IMG/VR virus record: IMGVR_UViG_2595698497_000001
Length of the DNA: 64,000 nt
Direction: 5' to 3' (one strand)
Source: a virus
The notes beneath the pieces are model-generated. The model saw only the letters and a list, made by a program, of their open reading frames with translations, was not told the DNA's origin and made no database searches. Each line of letters starts with the position of its first letter. Position 1 is the stretch's first letter. Of the stretch, positions 58,741-64,000 are shown piece after piece. The position numbers and the translations under genes were made by a program.

Positions 58741-61110
58741 ATGAGGTATATTGGTCTAGACCCTTATAGAAATACAGTAGTCCAAATTGATGGGAACAAA
58801 AGTCAGTACATTAACGTAAGATCTTTTGGAGCAACAGGACTCGATCGCTATTTTACCGGCTCGGTCTCCGGTGTTAATTCTTCAGGAACCTCTATTTACT
58901 TTAATGGAATTTCTGATTTTTACGAGTATGAAAACGACTATTTTATAATCGGTAGAAGGATTACTGCATTTTTCTACGAAAATACTTCTACGCCATCGGC
59001 GGCGTTGTATAATTTTATCTTCACAAACCCAGACTCAACTCCAGTAGGTGCAATCCACGATAGCACAGGAGCGGCGGGCTCAGAAGTTAAATATTTTGTA
59101 TATCCTTTCAACCCACAAACAGGAGTTCTATCTCCCTATGGATCAGAGATTACTCAAAATAATATTGTATCTGACCCAGACACTACTTTTGACGAGCAAA
59201 ATTATATTCAGTTTACCCTTCAAAGATCTAGCAACCAGTACCTACCTTTAATTTTTAGAAGATACAATGGCGTACTTAAATTCCTTGGAATACCAGGAAA
59301 TAACGCGGTAGGAACAGGGTCTACAATTACCTTCCAAGATAGAGGGGCTATTCAAATTGCTTCTTGGGACGAAGACTATGTTGCAGGTAATTCTAGATTC
59401 TTTATTCCAGATTTCTTAAGCGATCAAATTTCTTATGCTGCTAACGATGCTGGACCTACTATTAAAGTAGTAACAGGAAAAAGAACTTTAGAGATCAAAT
59501 ATAAAAACGAGATTACAGGAGCTCTTGAACTCGTAGATGCATTTAACAACCAGGCAGATCTTTCTCCGCTGTTTGGAGGGAGCACTACAGTTAAATTCAA
59601 GTTTGACGATACAAAGGCCATCCAAGATGCAATTGATTACGGAAAAGACTTTATTATCAAAGATATTTTCTTCCCATCTGGAACTTATAACGTTGGCCAC
59701 GTCGAATTATATAACGAAAACGGAACAAACAACGCGTACGATGGCATTTCTTTAAGAGGAGTTGGTACATCTTCGATTATTAAAAGAGGACCTTCGTTTA
59801 TTAACACTCAAGACAAGTATGGCTCGATAGGTATTATGGGTAACCCTAGCGATAGAGTTACCGGTATTAGCTTTAGTAATCTTGCTTTTGATGGTAATAA
59901 AACAGAAACATTTGCCACAAAGAACCCAGCAAACGACATCTATGGAATTTCTAGTAAGTACCAAGACATGCTTGCTTTAGAACACGTAGATTTGCTTACT
60001 GTAGATAATTGCTCGTTCTATAATGGAGCCGGCACCGGAATTTATTCTATAGACTCTGAAAAACTAAATCTTACAAACTGTAAGATATTCCAGATGTCTA
60101 AGCCTTACGAACCTAACATTCCTCCTCTTAAGATTAGAGAAACTGACAAAGTTATTGCGCAAGGCAACCTATTTGAAAACTGCACCGGTGTTGCAGACTT
60201 TACTGGTATTGATGTCTCGGTAATTAACAACAATATCGTTAATAATTGTGGCGATACTGGATTACTACTAAGAGCTTCTGATAACTGGAATGCCACTGGC
60301 AACCTAACCTTTAACTCCTCTGGAAGCGTTATTCAGTCTGTTGATCTATATCAAAACGATTACAGCAGAGCTTCTATTGCCATTAAGAAGGGTACTCCTA
60401 TGGCACCTTACTACTTCACAGTAACCGAAGGCCAGCTTCCTGTAGATATTGCTGTTGGAACTTTGGAAGCAAAAGTATATGCATTAAATGCAAATTATAC
60501 TATATCCAATGTAAACTCCCCGACAACGTATCTTAAAGTTATTGAAAGTGTTGATCAGCTAAGAGCCGGTATTTTTGGTGTAACTGCACCTATAGCCAAT
60601 ATTGCTGCAGGAGACAACACTATTAACGGAGACGCAAACGCAGGCCACGCAATTTTAGGCACAAGCAATTACAATTTAATTGATGTTGATGGCTCTAATC
60701 CTCACTATGGCTACTCTTACAGAATTACTGGTAAAGTAAGATTAGGAGACTTCCCTATCAAGCAAATCAAGGCAATCTCTTCTACACAAATTAAGCTTTT
60801 CTTTGAAACTACTTCTGATTTCCTCAAATTCTTATTCTTTGTAGGAGGAGCCGGTGGTTCTAATGATAAGATTATTAGTTTTGGAATAGCAGATAGTAAT
60901 AACGATCTTGCTAGCTGGAACGATCAAAACGTTGAATATTCCATACTAGGGACTACTGCAGCTGATTCTACTCTTACCCTTGCAATTCCTTCTGATGTAA
61001 GTGACGCGTTCCCCAATGGAAACGAAACCCTTGTAACCAGAGGGGCCTCGGTTAAAATTGTAAGAGATAATTACTTCATTGCTGACGGAAATGTCTACGT
61101 ATCTGATTGA
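58741..61110 (+). CDS. right-handed beta-helix (pectate-lyase-like) virion protein, possible depolymerase
   Basis: INVRSFGATG ... DDTKAIQDAID...FFPSGTY and parallel beta-helix repeats (VDNCSF, GNLFENC, NNIVNNC). Confidence 0.8.
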   Translation: MRYIGLDPYRNTVVQIDGNKSQYINVRSFGATGLDRYFTGSVSGVNSSGTSIYFNGISDFYEYENDYFIIGRRITAFFYENTSTPSAALYNFIFTNPDSTPVGAIHDSTGAAGSEVKYFVYPFNPQTGVLSPYGSEITQNNIVSDPDTTFDEQNYIQFTLQRSSNQYLPLIFRRYNGVLKFLGIPGNNAVGTGSTITFQDRGAIQIASWDEDYVAGNSRFFIPDFLSDQISYAANDAGPTIKVVTGKRTLEIKYKNEITGALELVDAFNNQADLSPLFGGSTTVKFKFDDTKAIQDAIDYGKDFIIKDIFFPSGTYNVGHVELYNENGTNNAYDGISLRGVGTSSIIKRGPSFINTQDKYGSIGIMGNPSDRVTGISFSNLAFDGNKTETFATKNPANDIYGISSKYQDMLALEHVDLLTVDNCSFYNGAGTGIYSIDSEKLNLTNCKIFQMSKPYEPNIPPLKIRETDKVIAQGNLFENCTGVADFTGIDVSVINNNIVNNCGDTGLLLRASDNWNATGNLTFNSSGSVIQSVDLYQNDYSRASIAIKKGTPMAPYYFTVTEGQLPVDIAVGTLEAKVYALNANYTISNVNSPTTYLKVIESVDQLRAGIFGVTAPIANIAAGDNTINGDANAGHAILGTSNYNLIDVDGSNPHYGYSYRITGKVRLGDFPIKQIKAISSTQIKLFFETTSDFLKFLFFVGGAGGSNDKIISFGIADSNNDLASWNDQNVEYSILGTTAADSTLTLAIPSDVSDAFPNGNETLVTRGASVKIVRDNYFIADGNVYVSD

Positions 61111-61164
61111 TTAGATTAAAGATACTTATAGATATTACGATTTTCCGTTATTACATAGAAGAAT

Positions 61165-64000
61165 ATGGCTTCAAAAGTATCCGTAGGAAAAACTGCCCCG
61201 GTGCCCTTGGGGCAACAACCAGCGGCTAATTCGCTGCCTGTTGTTTTTGCAGAAGACCAGCAGCCAATACCCGTTGAAGAACAAAATTTAGTTAAGTCAG
61301 AAGTTGCGCTTTCATTGCTAGGTATTCCTAGATCTGAAGTTGCGCTAGGTATTTTTGCAGACGTTAATACTTACGACGTAAACCCAACAGAGTGGGCCAC
61401 TATACCCCTAGATCCTACCTTAAATAGCAATGGCGTTGCTACAGATGGCGTAGAGCATATTCCAGAAGAAGCCGGAGCAAGGTTAGTTTCTTCTAACGGT
61501 AAAACTACAATTTTAACCTCAAAGCGTTTCTTCCGCTACCAACCAGGTAGAGTTTCGGCTTCTACCATGGGTGTGAAGATGAACCTCACTGGTACTGAAA
61601 CAGACGCAATGAAGGGCGCACCTTCTATCAAGAAGTGGGGAATTTTTGATAAGTTTGACGGATATTATTTTGAAGTAGCAAACAGTGGGGAGGGGAATAA
61701 CTTTAGATGCGTAAGAAGAACTCAAGCAGTTATTCCTCAACAGCCCTCTGGTTATGGAACAAACGGAGGATGGTTAGCTAACCCTCTTGCAGGTAGCGCC
61801 GATGTAACATTTCACACCAACACCAACTTTGGCGAAGTAGGAGTAGATCCGATAATCATTAGAGATGGTCTTATTTATGTAGCCGCAGCCATCAATGATC
61901 CTAGCCTCGTTTACTCTCCTGCTGATGTAAGAGCTATTGATAACGCTTCATCTCCAGAAAACGAATTAAAAAATAAGAACTTTAACTCTGACTACGCTGT
62001 AAGATTGGCTTACGACGACGGCACAGATTGGCAAGAGCACATGGAGAACAGAAAGTTTATGTTCCCATTTGACCAAGATACCGTTGAGCCTTTAACTCCA
62101 GAAGATACCTCTGTTTCTAGAGGGTATATCAGAGCTGATGCCCACTGTAACTTCTATCAGATAATCTCTAATTTTAATAGAAAAGGAAGTAATAATTCTT
62201 TCCCACAAGATTTTACTAGTCTTCAGGGAGTTTCTGATTTCTGGAGTGGTTCGGGTTATGATTATAGCGACGGAGACTATTGGGAGACTGGAGCACAAAG
62301 CACATTAACAAACAATTCCAAGAAAAAGATTTGGCACCTTTTAGTTAACATTCAGGGCGCAGGAGCTGCGGGTGGTACTGCTGGTACTAGAATTTCTAGT
62401 GGTGAATTTACAAATGCCAATAACGCTCTTCCTACAAACGTAAGAAGTAGAACAGACGGAGCTCAGCGCGGTAACGTAACTCTAAAAGAATGGTATAACC
62501 TTTGTGTTCCTAAGCCCTATCGCATGGTCTACGAGTGGCGACCAGTTAGAGCAATGTTCTCTGGCGATAAACTCGATGGGCAAACCAGAGTAGTTAGACA
62601 GAGCGATATTAACACTGCAGCAACTGACTCTTTCACTGGAAGCGGTGATGGCATTAATCGCCCAGGAGAAAAGATCGATTTAGCAAACGGAACTCCATTT
62701 GAAACAACTTCCGCTTACAACATTGACTTTACAAAGGTCACCATGTGGAAGACAGAATTCTCTTGGTATGGTGCTGTTGGTGCTTTATTCCTTTGCTACG
62801 TACCTATCGAAAATGGCGAAGCAAGATGGGTAAGAGTACACCACATCAGAGCTTCTAACCAACATGCAGTGGCGTCTCTTGGCAACGCAACTCTGCCAAT
62901 TACATATTTATCTCACGGCTCAACACAGGGTACCCAACCTGATGAAGGTAATACCTTAACTAAGTACGGTGCTTCCTACTATATTGATGGCGGAGACAAA
63001 GGAACCGTAAGACTACTTTCTAAGGCTTCTGATTATCGTCGCGAAGTAGCTCCTGGATTTGTAAATCTTCTCGGAGGATCAAATCTTGCAAACGGAGGTT
63101 ATACAAGATCTGGTTCAGATGCGTTTCTAACAATCAAAGCAGGAAGCGGCATGACGGATGTTGATGCAAGATATGGCTTTGATAAAGACACCGCAATTGG
63201 CCTTATGGGCGCTTACATTGAAGGAGACATTACTTCAAAGGTTAAGTGGATAACTCAAGATGTCAGCGGTGATATTAAGCTATATTTTGAGAACGGAATC
63301 CCAGGTAGTGGAGCCAACGCAAACATAAAATTAATTGTACCTAGAGCTCAACAATCTCTAATGAGTTTAAGAGCAAAAGACTTCATTGTTAATAGAGAAG
63401 GTCAAGGTGTAAGAAACAGACTTCAGATCTATCCTATTAAACTTGGTGCTGGATGCTCTGGTGGAACAACTGGAGATGTTATTAATCTTCGTACAGTTAA
63501 GAACCCTCTTAAGATTGTAAGCAATGTTGGTTCTCTTGGAACTACTCATATTTACGGAGGGTCTGGGGCTACTGCAACTGTAAAAGAAGTTGGTGGAACT
63601 AATGACGTTGTAAATACTGGAAGATCTACCGCGGCCGTAGAAGTTGAATGGAACACCGGTACTAATCCTAGTGCTTATTTAGCTGATGGAAAATACACAT
63701 ATGGCTACTTCTTAGGTACTACATCTGCAAGCCAGGCAATACCATCAAATGGCGTTTTTACCGACACCGACATTACCCAAACTTCTTGGTTCCCTGTTCT
63801 TGGAAGACTTTATAGAGAAGGAAGCGATTATTACTTCTCCAAGTATTACTCTTATCCAGAAGAAGTAAGAATTGCCGGATCTTTCTTACCCGAAAGGCAT
63901 CTTCAGGTTACTGAATATCCTGCAACATATGCCAATACTGGCTGGGAAATGTTTACAGAAATTGCAAACTCAACTCTTCAAGGACATACAGACTACGGAG
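61165..64000 (+). CDS. large virion structural protein (runs off the window end)
   Basis: Open from ATG 61165 (MASKVSVGKTAPVPLGQQ...SEVALSLLGIPRSEVALGIFADVNTYDVNPTEW...KRFFRYQPGR); absent from the track because it is unterminated. Confidence 0.85.
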   Translation, partial: MASKVSVGKTAPVPLGQQPAANSLPVVFAEDQQPIPVEEQNLVKSEVALSLLGIPRSEVALGIFADVNTYDVNPTEWATIPLDPTLNSNGVATDGVEHIPEEAGARLVSSNGKTTILTSKRFFRYQPGRVSASTMGVKMNLTGTETDAMKGAPSIKKWGIFDKFDGYYFEVANSGEGNNFRCVRRTQAVIPQQPSGYGTNGGWLANPLAGSADVTFHTNTNFGEVGVDPIIIRDGLIYVAAAINDPSLVYSPADVRAIDNASSPENELKNKNFNSDYAVRLAYDDGTDWQEHMENRKFMFPFDQDTVEPLTPEDTSVSRGYIRADAHCNFYQIISNFNRKGSNNSFPQDFTSLQGVSDFWSGSGYDYSDGDYWETGAQSTLTNNSKKKIWHLLVNIQGAGAAGGTAGTRISSGEFTNANNALPTNVRSRTDGAQRGNVTLKEWYNLCVPKPYRMVYEWRPVRAMFSGDKLDGQTRVVRQSDINTAATDSFTGSGDGINRPGEKIDLANGTPFETTSAYNIDFTKVTMWKTEFSWYGAVGALFLCYVPIENGEARWVRVHHIRASNQHAVASLGNATLPITYLSHGSTQGTQPDEGNTLTKYGASYYIDGGDKGTVRLLSKASDYRREVAPGFVNLLGGSNLANGGYTRSGSDAFLTIKAGSGMTDVDARYGFDKDTAIGLMGAYIEGDITSKVKWITQDVSGDIKLYFENGIPGSGANANIKLIVPRAQQSLMSLRAKDFIVNREGQGVRNRLQIYPIKLGAGCSGGTTGDVINLRTVKNPLKIVSNVGSLGTTHIYGGSGATATVKEVGGTNDVVNTGRSTAAVEVEWNTGTNPSAYLADGKYTYGYFLGTTSASQAIPSNGVFTDTDITQTSWFPVLGRLYREGSDYYFSKYYSYPEEVRIAGSFLPERHLQVTEYPATYANTGWEMFTEIANSTLQGHTDYG

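Overview
A 64-kb segment of a lytic marine cyanophage (myovirus), most consistent with the S-TIM5-like lineage rather than T4-like phages. It pairs a mitochondrial Pol-gamma-like family A DNA polymerase with Mu-like head genes (DUF935 portal, protease/scaffold, major capsid, DUF2190, gp36- and gp37-like) and a contractile sheath and tube. Positions 1-10.7 kb hold a host-takeover island: five tRNAs, a manA-like structured RNA, petE, talC, cp12, ptox, gnd and zwf, plus two small genes below the ORF-track cutoff (ndhP and an NblA-like gene). Positions 10.7-14.9 kb hold DNA metabolism genes behind consensus sigma70 promoters. Positions 14.9-41.5 kb hold morphogenesis genes split across both strands, and 41.5-64 kb hold very large modular tail-fibre and structural genes. 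Top observations: (1) a ~27-bp DNA motif with fixed synonymous codons (core TTCGTATA) at 17 module junctions in the three fibre genes, suggesting a DNA-level shuffling site; (2) a recurring GTTTAAAG box upstream of structural genes, a candidate phage late promoter that also marks a nested scaffold start; (3) a -1 frameshift near a G5 tract that splits the first fibre gene. All calls are by eye; no database searches were run.
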